From: a virus
Lineage: Duplodnaviria; Caudoviricetes
Length of the DNA stretch: 61,036 bases
Reading direction: 5' to 3' (one strand)
IMG/VR virus record: IMGVR_UViG_3300050343_000189
Span: 1 to 61,036 of that record
The notes under the pieces were generated by a model that made no database searches, was not told the origin of the DNA, and saw nothing but the letters and a program-made list of their open reading frames with translations. The position numbers were made by a program, and so were the translations under genes. Of this stretch, positions 29,891 to 42,630 are shown one piece after another (position 1 is the stretch's first letter; every line of letters starts with the position of its first letter).

Positions 29891-30701
29891 ATGGAGATAG
29901 TTCCAATATCACTATTCCGAATAATGATATTCGTATTGGTAATATTCGTGATTTAAATATTAATGTAATGCCTGATTGGATGGTTAATCCTCCACAGGCA
30001 CTACCAATTTACCCACCCGTGTCTACACAGGTGGGTGTTCCTATTGTTAATATACCTGGATGTGTTGAGTCTCATAGAGATAGTAGTGAGAATCAAACAC
30101 TAAAGAAGAAGATAAGGATGGTGTCCAGACATTCTGTGATGCAGGAACACCTAGTTATAGTCCATTAGATTATGACCCACGTAGATTAGAAGTAACTACA
30201 ACATCTCCACCTCCACCACCATATAAAGCACCAGAAGCAAAACCACCACCAACTCCTGATGCACCATCAACTCCTAAAACTGATGCTGCAAAAGCAGAGT
30301 GTCCTACAGTAGAGCACAACAATTAAAAAACCCTGTAGGAAAAGTATCCTAGAGGGTAATAAAAAGATTACTAGGTATGAGACAGTAGGAAAAGAATGTC
30401 TCCCTGTATTTGAAAATTTAAATATACCAGATCAGATTGTCCAGAACATACCATCAGCAGGTATGTAACTGTTACTGCATCTATCGCTGTGGTGGCAACG
30501 ACCTCGGCACTGCTTGCAAAACCTCTTGCTGATCTTTTGTTAAAAGTGGTGAAACCTGTGACGAAGAAGGTTGTGAAGAAGATTGCTGCCTTACGGGGTA
30601 AGAAACCCCCGGTACTGTCTGCGTCTGAGAGGAAGGCGGAGCAACGCGACCGGAACCGGGCGATAAAGATCTTACGTTCGGCACTGAAACCGAAGGGATA
30701 G
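29891..30701 (+). CDS. Pro-rich hypothetical membrane protein (frameshifted)
   Basis: PIVNIPGCVESH, Pro-rich linker, TM ATTSALLAKPL, basic tail. Confidence 0.55.
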
Positions 30702-31470
30702 AGTGACGATGTTGCTTGACGGTGTTAACATTTTGAACTACAACATCTGCACATATTTTAAAGTAAGGACTTCTGGGTGGAAACTGATTCCTCTCTGCAT
30801 TAATTCACCACAATTTTTAAGTCTCGCAATCTCAAAGTCTAATCTTTTATTGGCAATCAATTGTTGCTGCATTTGGATTTGAGTATCTGCTGCTTGTTTA
30901 CAACGTTCTTGTAGTCCACCATCAAGTGGGAAAGAGATTGTTGCAGATAAACCAAGACTGGTACTGTAGTTTTTAGTATCACCAGTTCTTACTGGTTTCT
31001 GCCAGAGTTCTGCTCCTGGATTATCGGGCACACCATCACCCATCATTTCCATGTTCAGTGATGGTCATATCTTGACCATCTTCATATGCACGAACAGTTT
31101 CACCATCTGAATTAGTATATGTTCTATCATCATACCATGTGATTCCCACGGCCAGTTCTTTACTACCTTTTGAGTTTCTACTAATTGACCTTCAAAATCT
31201 CTGTTATCATACTGAGGTTCCATGTAGTGTGTCTCAAATGGATCCTTCTCATTACGAGCATGAGTAATGAATGGTGTGATATTAGCAGTCGGTCCTTGAC
31301 ATGCAATACCACCACCATATTGGTTAGTGATATATGGTCCTTGTAAAACCTGAATAGCTTGGTTGGTAACTGAGCCTGAACTATTTGCGATTGGGTTTGC
31401 TGTTGCAGAAACACCCCCTACATCAGCTGCACTGCAGGGGCAGTTACAACCACAGTCATGCAGATAGACA
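30672..31470 (-). CDS. Exported hypothetical protein (frameshifted)
   Basis: VGGVSATANPIANSSGSVTNQAIQVLQGPY...SFPLDGGLQERCK...RLDFEIARLKNC. Confidence 0.6.
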
Positions 31471-31478
31471 TAATACTT

Positions 31479-31949
31479 TTACTGGGTAAAGATACTTGTT
31501 GTATCGGTGATGCTTGTAACCTCTGTGGTTCTTTGAATCACAGTTTGATTTGTTACACCCGGTCCCATGTAGGTCTGAGTGAACTGGAATGCTGCTCCTG
31601 GTTCTGCGATTGTGAAACTCTGTCCATTTAAATCGAGACCAGAGTTGGCGCTTGTTACTTGCCCCTCTGTTCCTCCTAATGGATTCACTATCACTGAGTT
31701 TGTCGTTGGGTTGGGACTGAGGGATTGCCCCCCGTTGGTCACGTTTGAACCCGATACTGAATATTGCCATCCTGTTGCATAGTCTATAGAGTTAATCGTT
31801 TCAGTCACCTTCGATGTTGTTTCCGTGTGACTTGTCATTGACCCCTGTGTGAAGTTTGGGACCACGGGGACCGCCAGGGCAGTGGCAGGAATAAGACTTG
31901 CTGCCACTGCAGACATCACAATATATATGATTGTCTTTCCAGAAGTCAT
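31479..31949 (-). CDS. Exported Thr/Ser-rich hypothetical protein
   Basis: Signal-like ..ATALA-VPVVPNFTQGSMTS. Confidence 0.75.
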   Translation of the reverse strand: MTSGKTIIYIVMSAVAASLIPATALAVPVVPNFTQGSMTSHTETTSKVTETINSIDYATGWQYSVSGSNVTNGGQSLSPNPTTNSVIVNPLGGTEGQVTSANSGLDLNGQSFTIAEPGAAFQFTQTYMGPGVTNQTVIQRTTEVTSITDTTSIFTQ

Positions 31950-31970
31950 GTTTTCTGACCTCCATTTTAT

Positions 31971-32465
31971 TTAGTGTAGAATCGTGAGCTCACTGACAAA
32001 TTGTCCAGTAGCATTTGTACCAGCACCACCAGCCGTCAAAGTAATAGCACCAGCAGTACTAAGAGTACCAGCTAGAGAACCAGCAGATCCTGCAGTTGTA
32101 GATGTAATATTGCCAAAGTTTGCTACATCACCAACAGTGACTGCACTGGTTGGGATTGCATCTGCCTGTGTATAAGACTGAGAGAAACTAAAAGAACTAC
32201 CAGGATTATCCTGAGTGGCAGCAATTGTACCTGGGGCATAAATTCCACTGGTAATTGCACCAGTAGAAATTGTATTAACTGTTGTTCCGTCAGTAGTATC
32301 TACACCGCTGCCTGAAATTGAGAAGTTACTACCAAGTCTTGTGACATTAGTAGCAGCAGCATCAACGGTTAATTGAACACTAGAAGATAACTTATGAGTA
32401 AGAGCACCTGCATTTGCTGCTGGTGCGGTCATCAATAACATTATGAAAGGTAGAAACCGTTTCAT
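31971..32465 (-). CDS. Exported Thr/Ser/Gly-rich hypothetical protein
   Basis: Signal MKRFLPFIMLLMTAPAANA; late promoter CTAAATA on the minus strand near 32493-32499. Confidence 0.75.
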   Translation of the reverse strand: MKRFLPFIMLLMTAPAANAGALTHKLSSSVQLTVDAAATNVTRLGSNFSISGSGVDTTDGTTVNTISTGAITSGIYAPGTIAATQDNPGSSFSFSQSYTQADAIPTSAVTVGDVANFGNITSTTAGSAGSLAGTLSTAGAITLTAGGAGTNATGQFVSELTILH

Positions 32466-32577
32466 AGTAAACCGAGAAGGGTATGTATATGTATTTAGAG
32501 AGATGTATTTTCAAGAGCAAGTAAATGTTCTTAGTGATACTTTTTCAATAAAATAAATAATTAAAAAATATGCTGAA

Positions 32578-33108
32578 ATGTCTATTAGGACTGCTGCAAT
32601 AGTTATAGATAATTTTTTATCTGAAGATCAATGGAATTGGATTCAGAGTAATTTGAATGATTATATGAATACTGATGAGTTTGTTGAAAATGTTCATGAA
32701 CCATATGTAACTTCTATTGGGTGGATTAAAGATAAACTTTCTTCTTTTGATTTTTTCAATGAACACTGGAATACTAATTTAGATTCTTGGTCTTTTATTA
32801 ATACACTACCACCAAATATTGATAGGGAATCTTCAGGAACTGGATATCATATTGACTTTGGTGGATTTGTATATTATATTCATCCTACATGGGATGAGTC
32901 CTGGGGAGGAAATCTTCTATTTCAAAATTGTGATGTAGATAAGATTACCCCAGTTCCAAATAGATTTGTTTGGATTAACCCTAAAGTTCCTCATGGAATT
33001 GAAGTTGTAAATGATACTGCAACTCATAATAGAATTACTATCGTTGGTTGGCCTGAAGGATGTATAGAATATCCTGACGCAACTCAACAAATAAATATTA
33101 CATATTAA
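32578..33108 (+). CDS. 2OG-Fe(II) oxygenase
   Basis: IDNFL, HID (HxD), WGGNL, PHGIEVV, RITIVGW. Confidence 0.85.
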   Translation: MSIRTAAIVIDNFLSEDQWNWIQSNLNDYMNTDEFVENVHEPYVTSIGWIKDKLSSFDFFNEHWNTNLDSWSFINTLPPNIDRESSGTGYHIDFGGFVYYIHPTWDESWGGNLLFQNCDVDKITPVPNRFVWINPKVPHGIEVVNDTATHNRITIVGWPEGCIEYPDATQQINITY

Positions 33109-33117
33109 GTGCAATCG

Positions 33118-36100
33118 ATGGCAAATAAGTATAGCAAAGCATTAAAGCACCTAAAGAATAAAAATATTGATGAGAAGTTGAAGTTGCTTGAGCAAATTCC
33201 AACAAATAATACTGGAGGATTGTATGTTGATGTCCTGGAGAATTTGAGACAGAGGAAATTGGACCTGTAGAATTATTGCCGAAGGTCAGCAGATCTTGCG
33301 GAAGATGGAGACGGTGCTGAAGGATATACTGGAAATGATACAACTGGATTATTTCTTGCCGATGGAACAATGTTAATAGTAGAACCACCTGGTGATACTT
33401 CATATATTTTAGGACCCATGATTTCCATGTGGTATGCATGGGCAAACTATACTCAGATTGGATATGTTCGTCAGTCTGATAGAAAGATGGTGAACCTTGG
33501 TAGAATTGCTGGTGAAATGTCTGCCTGGGATGGTGAAACTGGATTTACTGGTTATGGTCAATTGAGTATTGAGCAGGCAGTATGGTATAAAGATCAAAAA
33601 GAGCAGACTATCGTGCATTCTATCCAGGTCCACCATCAAACCCCCTGATCAGTATGGTAGATATATTGGTTCGATAGTTGATGTTTTTAAACCAACAGAG
33701 AGACAAGACCCTAGGTTCTGGGATCCAGGAACTCAGAGGGGATTTAATCCTACTGATGATCATTCTCTTGCTATGGATAATATGGGTGGTTGGTTAGCAG
33801 CTGCTGCAATATTAGGATTTGTAGGGAAAACGGTTTATGATTTTTATCAATGGTGGAATAGGCAAAATGAAGAGATGAGACAGAAACTTCGTGATCTTGT
33901 TAATCCTCCAAAATATTCAAGAGAAACTCAATATAGAGACTTGGCAGGATTGAGACCTGATGGAACTCAAGGTATGAATAGACTTGGTGATACGAATAGG
34001 GGACATGATGGAACACTTTATAGATTGCAGAAGAGAACTCTACCAGATGGAACTCCTGCTGGTTACAATATATGGTCGCCTGTTCGACAGGCAGGTGGGG
34101 GTGGTAATAATATGGTTGCTCATCATGAACCAAAAGGATTGGTTCTTACTGAAAGTCGTAAGAAAATTATTCGTGATATTAAGAAACCAGTACAGGTTAA
34201 AGAGATTCCAACTAAAGTTAAAGTATCCCCTAAGTTGAGAAAAAATAAATCTGTTGGTGTTGATATGATGAAGATACCTGATGTTCCAAAACAATATAAA
34301 CCACAAACAAGCATTTGGGGTAAAGCAGATTACAATGCAAATGTTAGAGCATCACAAGAGAAAAAGAATGAAGTTCTTGAATTAGTTGGTGCAGCAGAAC
34401 ATCATTGGACTTACTTGACTGAGGATAGAAGGAAGAAACAGCAGGAGAAAGTCAATGAAATGATGTCTGCAGAATATGATAAGCAGATGGAACTTTTATA
34501 TGAGAAGCACAGAATAAAGGAAGGCAAACTTGAATAAAGCAATATCTGCTTTTAGAAAACCTACTGATATTGCTCCAGAGTATCCCAAAGAACCGCCACC
34601 ACAATTAGATCCACAAACTGGTATGCATCCAAAATTTGGAAAAAATTATAAGCATGATAAATTAGATCCACAAAGTGCAGAAGCTATGCCGCCAACTGGA
34701 AATCCAGAAATTGATGCAAACATGTCAAGAAGGCAACCAACGCAAAAGAGAAGTCAAGAAAACTCAAAGTTCTTCTTGGGAACAGGAAAAAAATTAGTGA
34801 AAGTATGACCACTGCTTCTTTGATGAGCACAACTCTTCCTGCTGAGGGTGATGTTGATTTAGTTAATGTTGATGTGAGTAATGCAGATACTTGGATAGGG
34901 TCAGGTAATGATGCAGGAACAGTTTCTGCATCTGGACTATCTTTTGATCAATTGCCTAGTGGTGGAGGTTCTGCTGTAAACTGGTCACTTGGAAATGCGA
35001 CTAGTGCATTTGATGCCACAACAGTTAATAATTTAAAAGTAACTGTTACTACTGGTACTGGAATTGATGCTCCAAAATCAAGTAATCCTTTAAAAGTTCA
35101 GTGGGTTTCATCTTCAGATTTTGGACTTTTAGGAACTTTTTCTGCGGTTGGTGGAACACAAGTTTTTGAATTACCTAAAGAAGCAAATGTAAAAGATTTG
35201 CGTATTTTTTACAGTGTATCTAGTGATGGGAATAGTTCTTATCAACAAGAGTATACAAATGAATATCTTGTAGGCAAAAGTATTTTTAGTGGGACTATGA
35301 ACTCAACTGATTCTTTAGGTGCTATGGGTATGTTGAGATTAGGAAATCCTCCATCTCCATTTCCACCAAATTATCCAACTTCCGAAAGTGTAAAACTTTT
35401 ATCTGGAGGAGTTTGGTGGATAAATGCTTTATCGGATGGAAACCCTAGAGGATATCAAGCCCCCTCAGGAAATCCAATCGTTGATCAAGACCGACTTGCT
35501 ATATGGAATCAAGTATTCAGTTTATATGGATCATTCGCTAACAGAGGGTCTAATTTATATACAATTACTAGTACAAATTTTCAAAGAAGAACTCCAATGA
35601 ATGTCTTTGTTAGTCTGGATAGTCCAGAGGCAACTGCATTTATTAGAACTGATCCATCAATGCAAGGTCTTTCTGCAGAAGAAAGGAGAAAGAAATTGAT
35701 TGATATGTTGGATGCGGGCGATGAATACTTACTGAAGTATCTTGGTTTGATTGGTAGTAAGGCTAGACCTTCTGAAGTTATTATGCCAGATAGTTGGGAA
35801 CAGGCTGCACAGAATAGTTCTATGGACATTCAGGTTGGTGATGAGAGAATTACTAAAGTAGATGGAAAAACGAAAACTGACACCACTAGAGGAATTAAAG
35901 ATGGTAAAATAGACGGTAAAGATTTTAATACACAACCAAAATCGCAACCACAATTCCAACCACAATCGCAACCAGATTCTGAAAAAGAAACATCAATTTC
36001 TAAAGAAAAAGCTGTAAAAAACATTTTTGAACCAATTTCAAATGTGAATAATTCTGACAAAGCAGAACTTGAAAAAAATATTGAAGCATCTTGAAACAAC

Positions 36101-36682
36101 TTGAAATTGATAATGAGCAATTAAAAGGTGATTCTCTTAAGAGAAATATTACAACAGCTGTTGAATTGGGACTTGATGTTCTCACTGTAGCTTCTATACC
36201 TAGCCACTGGGGATGGATCAGGTGCATTGGCTCTTGCAGCATCAAAAGCAGGTGTTAAAGCAGGTGTGAAAAAAGGAGTGACAACTGGTGTGAAAACTGC
36301 AGTTCAAACTAGTACTAAAACTGCAGCACAAAGAACAACTATTGATGCGTTTCAAAAACAAGTGACTAGTCCTAAAACTCTGGATGCTGCAAGTCAAGCA
36401 ATTAAAAGAGCAGGACCAAAATATGCTAAAGATGTAGCAATTCCAATCAAAGTACAAGGAAAAACTATTAATATAAAAGCAAATGAAATTTTAAGGAATA
36501 AAGGAATTCAAGCAAATTCATATAAACCAAAAGGAGAAACAATCATGGAAAAGAATGGATTCCATCCTGACTTGGTTGATGGTAAGAAGATTGCAAATAG
36601 ATTTAATCCTAGACCCTCCAAGGCAATGGGCAACCCCCATATTGATAAGAAAGTCAGAGCAGCAGCAAAGAAACCAAAATAG
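33118..36682 (+). CDS. Large hypothetical protein or two proteins (multiple frameshifts), putative virion-internal polyprotein
   Basis: Continuous + strand coding from MANKYSKALKHL to RAAAKKPK across ORF pieces; internal repeated motifs. Confidence 0.55.
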
Positions 36683-36686
36683 GGGC

Positions 36687-36720
36687 TTGACAGGTCCGGG
36701 AAACCGTAGTATTATAAATA
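36687..36720 (+). promoter_or_regulatory. Composite sigma70 and T4 late promoter of psbA
   Basis: TTGACA-17 nt-TATTAT overlapping TATAAATA. Confidence 0.8.
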
Positions 36721-36764
36721 AGTCGAGAGGTTAAGGAACCAACACATTTCTTAACTGTTCGTTA

Positions 36765-36870
36765 CACCCCGCAAACCAAGACCTATAGGGTGTCTAAAAA
36801 CGTCTTTAATACCTGCCTCTGAGGGTGATACAGGAATAGTAAAACCATCATTTCCCTGATGATCTTACTT
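36765..36870 (+). ncRNA. PhotoRC-II-like psbA leader RNA
   Basis: ACCAAGACCTATAGGGTGT..GTCTTTAATACCTG..TGAGGGTG..CAGGAATAGTAA..CATCA-TTTCCC-TGATG directly 5' of psbA. Confidence 0.75.
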
Positions 36871-36880
36871 TTTTTCAACA

Positions 36881-37961
<1,081 letters not shown>

Positions 37962-37983
37962 TTAATCTGCTATAATTAATAGG

Positions 37984-38012
37984 AAGGAGGGGTCTTCGGT
38001 CCCCTTTTTTTT
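37984..38012 (+). terminator. Intrinsic terminator after psbA
   Basis: GC-rich imperfect hairpin with TTCG loop plus T tract. Confidence 0.7.
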
Positions 38013-38046
38013 ATTCTCAAATGTTAAGTTTAATTACTTATTCTTA

Positions 38047-38300
38047 TGATTGGAAAATTAGATCCAGAAGAAAGAATTTTGAATGATGTCCTACCAGAAT
38101 TACCAAAATGGTTTGCTCAAACTTCTGACGAACCATATGATAGGCATCAATACCGATTGGTATATTCAAATAAACAATCTACAATATTTGATTCATGGGA
38201 AGAACTGAGATATGAATGGTTTTAATACCATCACAGTTCAAATCTCATGATAGAAGTGTTAGATAAAAACACAAAAAGAAAAAAACTAAGGAGGTTTTAA
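38047..38300 (+). CDS. Small hypothetical protein between psbA and psbD (frameshifted)
   Basis: MIGKLDPEERIL...WFAQTSDEPYDRHQY...KGF. Confidence 0.5.
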
Positions 38301-38307
38301 ATAGAAA

Positions 38308-39363
38308 ATGGTTGCATCAACTTTACAACAACAAAGGAGGGGATGGTTTGACGTACTCGACGACTGGCTTAAGCGGGATCGTTTCGTTTTTATTGGCTGG
38401 TCTGGACTTCTTCTTCTACCCACTGCTTATCTTGCTATTGGCGGTTGGCTTACTGGTACGACTTTCGCTACGAGCTGGTATACCCACGGTCTCGCTAGTT
38501 CCTATCTTGAGGGTGCAAATTTTCTTACAGCGGCAGTTAGCACTCCAGCTGACGCTATGGGTCATTCTCTTCTTCTTCTCTGGGGTCCTGAGGCTCAGGG
38601 GGATTTCGTCCGCTGGGTCCAACTTGGGGGACTCTGGAATTTTGTGGCGCTCCACGGAGCATTTGCCCTCATTGGTTTCATGCTTCGTCAATTCGAGTTG
38701 GCTAGGTTAATTGGAATCCGTCCGTATAATGCTATTGCGTTCTCTGGGCCTATCGCTGTTTTTGTCAGTGTGTTTCTCATCTATCCTCTCGGACAGTCCA
38801 GTTGGTTCTTTGCACCGTCGTTTGGTGTGTCTGCGATATTCCGCTTTCTACTCTTCCTACAGGGTTTCCATAACTGGACGCTCAACCCTTTCCATATGAT
38901 GGGAGTTGCTGGTATACTTGGAGGAGCATTGTTATCTGCTATTCATGGCGTAACTGTAGAGAATACTCTCTATGAAGATGGGGATCAAGCAAACACTTTC
39001 AAGGCTTTTGACTCTACGCAAGAGGAGGAGACTTACTCGATGGTTACTGCGAACCGTTTCTGGTCACAGATCTTCGGTATTGCTTTTAGTAATAAGCGTT
39101 GGTTGCATTTCTTTATGCTCTTCGTTCCCGTCATGGGTCTCTGGACAAGTTCTATCGGTATTATTGGACTCGCTCTTAATCTACGTGCTTACGACTTTGT
39201 ATCTCAAGAGATTCGTGCAGCAGAAGATCCAGAGTTTGAGACTTTCTATACCAAGAACATCCTATTGAATGAAGGACTACGTGCATGGTTAGCACCAGTT
39301 GATCAACCACATGAGTCATTCGTATTCCCAGAAGAAGTTCTACCAAGAGGTAACGCATTGTGA
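38308..39363 (+). CDS. psbD: Photosystem II D2 protein
   Basis: [11 protein letters not shown]...[12 protein letters not shown], 351 aa intact. Confidence 0.99.
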   Translation: MVASTLQQQRRGWFDVLDDWLKRDRFVFIGWSGLLLLPTAYLAIGGWLTGTTFATSWYTHGLASSYLEGANFLTAAVSTPADAMGHSLLLLWGPEAQGDFVRWVQLGGLWNFVALHGAFALIGFMLRQFELARLIGIRPYNAIAFSGPIAVFVSVFLIYPLGQSSWFFAPSFGVSAIFRFLLFLQGFHNWTLNPFHMMGVAGILGGALLSAIHGVTVENTLYEDGDQANTFKAFDSTQEEETYSMVTANRFWSQIFGIAFSNKRWLHFFMLFVPVMGLWTSSIGIIGLALNLRAYDFVSQEIRAAEDPEFETFYTKNILLNEGLRAWLAPVDQPHESFVFPEEVLPRGNAL

Positions 39364-39758
39364 TTCAATCTCTAGGATTCTTATTACTTCGTATAGCGAT
39401 AGGCACTATGCTTATCCATCATGGATATGAGAAACTAGAGAACATTGAAAACTTTGCGGATGCATTTGTAAGACCATTGCATCTTCCATTCCCAATCGTC
39501 TCCTCATACTTCGCAGCATTTGCTGAGATTGTGGGGAGTTGGATGGTTATCTGTGGACTCGGCACTCGTCTGGGTGCCTTAGCAATCTTAGGTACAATAT
39601 CATTCGCAATTTATCATGCCCTAGTTACATCTGGATTTAACATCTACTTGTTAGAACTCTTAGTTCTTTACTGGGGAGGTGCAGCATGTATCGTTCTCAG
39701 TGGTCCTGGTAATTTCTCAATAGACCATCTCATAAAACGGAGACTCACAAATGATTAA
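39360..39758 (+). CDS. DoxX family membrane protein
   Basis: [34 protein letters not shown]. Confidence 0.88.
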   Translation: MIQSLGFLLLRIAIGTMLIHHGYEKLENIENFADAFVRPLHLPFPIVSSYFAAFAEIVGSWMVICGLGTRLGALAILGTISFAIYHALVTSGFNIYLLELLVLYWGGAACIVLSGPGNFSIDHLIKRRLTND

Positions 39759-39996
39759 AGCACTATACAGTATTATGTTTGCTGCTCTAATGTGGGTACA
39801 AGTCCCACAGTGGAGTGACGATTGGTCTAAGTGTGCAGTAGATGTACCAGACACAGCATGTCATTGGTATATCACAGCACCCGATAGCACAATGGGTGAA
39901 GGATTTAGTTGGGCAAATGCCCCTTGGTTCAGTGCTGAAGGTCTCCGTGATATTGGAGAACTTCACAACACAGTTCAATCTCTACAGGAAGCATGA
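39751..39996 (+). CDS. Hypothetical protein
   Basis: WVQVPQWSDDWSKCAVDVPD. Confidence 0.7.
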   Translation: MIKALYSIMFAALMWVQVPQWSDDWSKCAVDVPDTACHWYITAPDSTMGEGFSWANAPWFSAEGLRDIGELHNTVQSLQEA

Positions 39997-40160
39997 ATAA
40001 CTTTGAAGTCTTTCTTTATTTTGTATGCTTTGCTGCCATTGGTGGTGCTGCATTTGCAATGATGTGGAGTAACATTCAATCTATTAATATAGAGATGAGT
40101 AAACCTCCTAAACCAAAGCATCCTGAAGCACCTGAAGCAGGTGAAGAGTAATGATGTATG
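39993..40160 (+). CDS. Small membrane protein (DUF2973-like; 3' end corrupted)
   Basis: LYFVCFAAIGGAAFAMMW...KHPEAPEAGE. Confidence 0.5.
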
Positions 40161-40246
40161 TCCAGATGCCCATTATCTTTTTTTAAGTCAGAGAAAAACT
40201 TTCTCATAGATACTGTAGTTGAACAAATTTAGATGAAATTAGAGAA

Positions 40247-40330
40247 GTAGACATTCAAATGGGATCAAATGGAAACTTGATTTTTGATCCTTCTGATGTT
40301 ACAATCAATGCAGGAGATACCATACACTTT
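40247..40330 (+). pseudogene. petE: Plastocyanin fragment
   Basis: VDIQMGSNGNLIFDPSDVTINAGDTIHF matches the mature plastocyanin N-terminus; signal peptide and Cu ligands absent. Confidence 0.7.
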
Positions 40331-40395
40331 GATGGTACCTTTACAAACAAGATAAATGATTGATATACTAGGGGTCTATCGGACCTCGTTTTTTT

Positions 40396-41042
40396 ATGAG
40401 AATTTTTCTTAGATACAGCAGACACAGAAGTTATTCGTAAATATTTTAGTACTGGACTAGTTGATGGTGTCACAACTAACCCTTCACTTATCTTAAAGAG
40501 TGGTCGTAATCCTGAAGATGTATATCAAGAGATTAAAGATATTGGTGTTCAAGATATTAGTATGGAGGTGATGGGTACTGACCTTGAGATGTATTGATGA
40601 AGGTATTCGTCTGTATGAAAAGTTTGGAGTGTTGCTACCGTAAAGTTCCATGCACACGAGAAGGTCTTGCATTGTATGCAAGTCTCTATCTGATCAAGAA
40701 CATCAAGGTTAACGTTACACTTATCTTCTGTGCCTCTCAGGCAGTCTAGCAGCAAAGGCGGGGGCAACATATGTTTCTCCCTTTGTAGGACGCTTAGACG
40801 ACCAGTCAGTAGCAGGTCTGGAGGTTGTTAGATCTATCTCTGAACTGTATCGTATTCATGGATGTCAACTCAGGTTCTTTCTGCATCTATCCGTAGTGTG
40901 CAACGTGCTATCAGGTCATGGTATAATGGAGCACAGATTTGTACGATGCCACCTAAGGTATTTGATCAAATGTATGATCACATTCTTACAGACAAAGGTA
41001 TGGAAATTTTTGAAAACGATTGGAAAGGAGTATGTGAAATGA
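40396..41042 (+). CDS. talC: Transaldolase TalC (frameshifted)
   Basis: [41 protein letters not shown]. Confidence 0.93.
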
Positions 41043-41272
41043 CTTTTACAGTATATTCAAAGGATGGTTGTCCTTATTGTGATAAAGTTCAACAGTATTA
41101 CAACTTGCAGAAATTAAGCATGTGATATATAAACTTAACAGGGACTTCACCCGCGAAGAATTCTATGATAAGTTTGGAGAAGGTTCTACCTTTCCAAGAG
41201 TAGTCAAAGATGATACTTATTGGTGGATGTATGGAAACTGTTAAGTATCTAAGGGAACAAAATTTAGTCTAA
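41039..41272 (+). CDS. nrdC: Glutaredoxin (frameshifted)
   Basis: [23 protein letters not shown]. Confidence 0.85.
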
Positions 41273-41631
41273 TGGAACAAAACCTCATCGACATTTATGA
41301 TCTTATTGAACATGCTATTGATAATGCCTTTGAGGGGAGAATGAATCTAAAATTTTATGATTATCTAAAAGATAATAAAACTAAGAAACATGAAATAGAT
41401 CATTTTATTGAAAGTTCTACAGCAGCTGAACTGAGTGAACTTACTATGGATCTTGATGAGTATCTTGTTGGTGGTTCTGATAATGAACATAAACAACTTC
41501 GTGAAGGTTATGGTCACATTCCCAAACCACAAGCAAGAAAAATAAAAACATATTTGTATAGTATCTTAGAAGATGCTTGGAGGTATAGTCGTGACAGACG
41601 ACCTGGACGAAGAAAAAAGCAATCTAAATAA
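41272..41631 (+). CDS. Hypothetical cyanophage protein
   Basis: Clean 119 aa ORF with QLREGYGHIPKPQARKI. Confidence 0.75.
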   Translation: MEQNLIDIYDLIEHAIDNAFEGRMNLKFYDYLKDNKTKKHEIDHFIESSTAAELSELTMDLDEYLVGGSDNEHKQLREGYGHIPKPQARKIKTYLYSILEDAWRYSRDRRPGRRKKQSK

Positions 41632-41813
41632 TCAGAAACCCACATTAATCGTGGGGTAGAGTTATTACTAAGAAATAGGAGGGTAAACCAGATCCGCCAA
41701 AAACTTTTCAGATAAAGTTTGGTAATATGGTCTCCCTTTTTCGAAGAGAGATTGTCTTTCACCTTAAACTTCTATCTGGACATTAGAAAGAAATAAATCT
41801 CTGGAGTAGAAAC

Positions 41814-42035
41814 ATGTTAGCAGTAACACTTACAATTGGAACACTTGTTTCAATTATGTTCTTTTTTGTAGGAGGTGTGGTAGGATGGTTAGCAAGAGAA
41901 AACACCTGGGTAAATCAACCAATTTATACGCATCCAGAGATGTTTGACGAAAACGGGAATGTATTACCCGACGAAATTTTAGCAGTACGATTTGAAAATG
42001 GCTATGACGAACTCGACGAAGAAGACGACAACTAG
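41814..42035 (+). CDS. Small membrane protein
   Basis: N-terminal TM, HPEMFDENGN. Confidence 0.7.
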   Translation: MLAVTLTIGTLVSIMFFFVGGVVGWLARENTWVNQPIYTHPEMFDENGNVLPDEILAVRFENGYDELDEEDDN

Positions 42036-42630
42036 AAAACCAACAACTAAACCAACCTGCCACTAAAGGTAAGTTTGCAAAGAAAGCAGCACCAGAAACT
42101 CTACCGGAACAACAATCCTTTTGTATTATGAGATTTTTGAACTTGTTAGTAAGCAAAGATCTAAAGCAAAGAAAGTTGAAGTTCTTAAAGAAGTATGAAC
42201 ATAATTCAATTAAAGTGTATTTTCATTTGGAACTTTGATGATCTGTGTTATCTCTATCTTCCTGAAGGTGAAGTTCCTTATGGAGATCCAGATGATCAAT
42301 CTGCATTATGCTGGTTCTCTCTCTGATAATATTTCTAGAGAGAAGCAAAAGGTGGAGAATCTGCAACTGGACAAGATCTTGATGGTAGAAACAAAACATC
42401 TCTCCGCAAAGAATGAGTTAATCTTTATCATTTTGTGAAGGGTGGTAATGATTCTCTAACAAAACCCGTAGAGAGATGATGTTTATTAATATTCTTAGAG
42501 GACTTCATCCTAAAGAAGCAGAATTCTTATTCTTAGTTAAAGACAAACTTCTTACTGACAAAGTATAAAATTGACAAAAGATATTGTAAAAGAAGCATAT
42601 CCAGAAATTAATTGGGGAGGTCGTTCCTGA
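41998..42630 (+). CDS. Hypothetical T4-like phage protein (frameshifted)
   Basis: WNFD..SILPEGEVPY, FVKGGND, REMMFINIL.GLHPKEAE. Confidence 0.6.
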
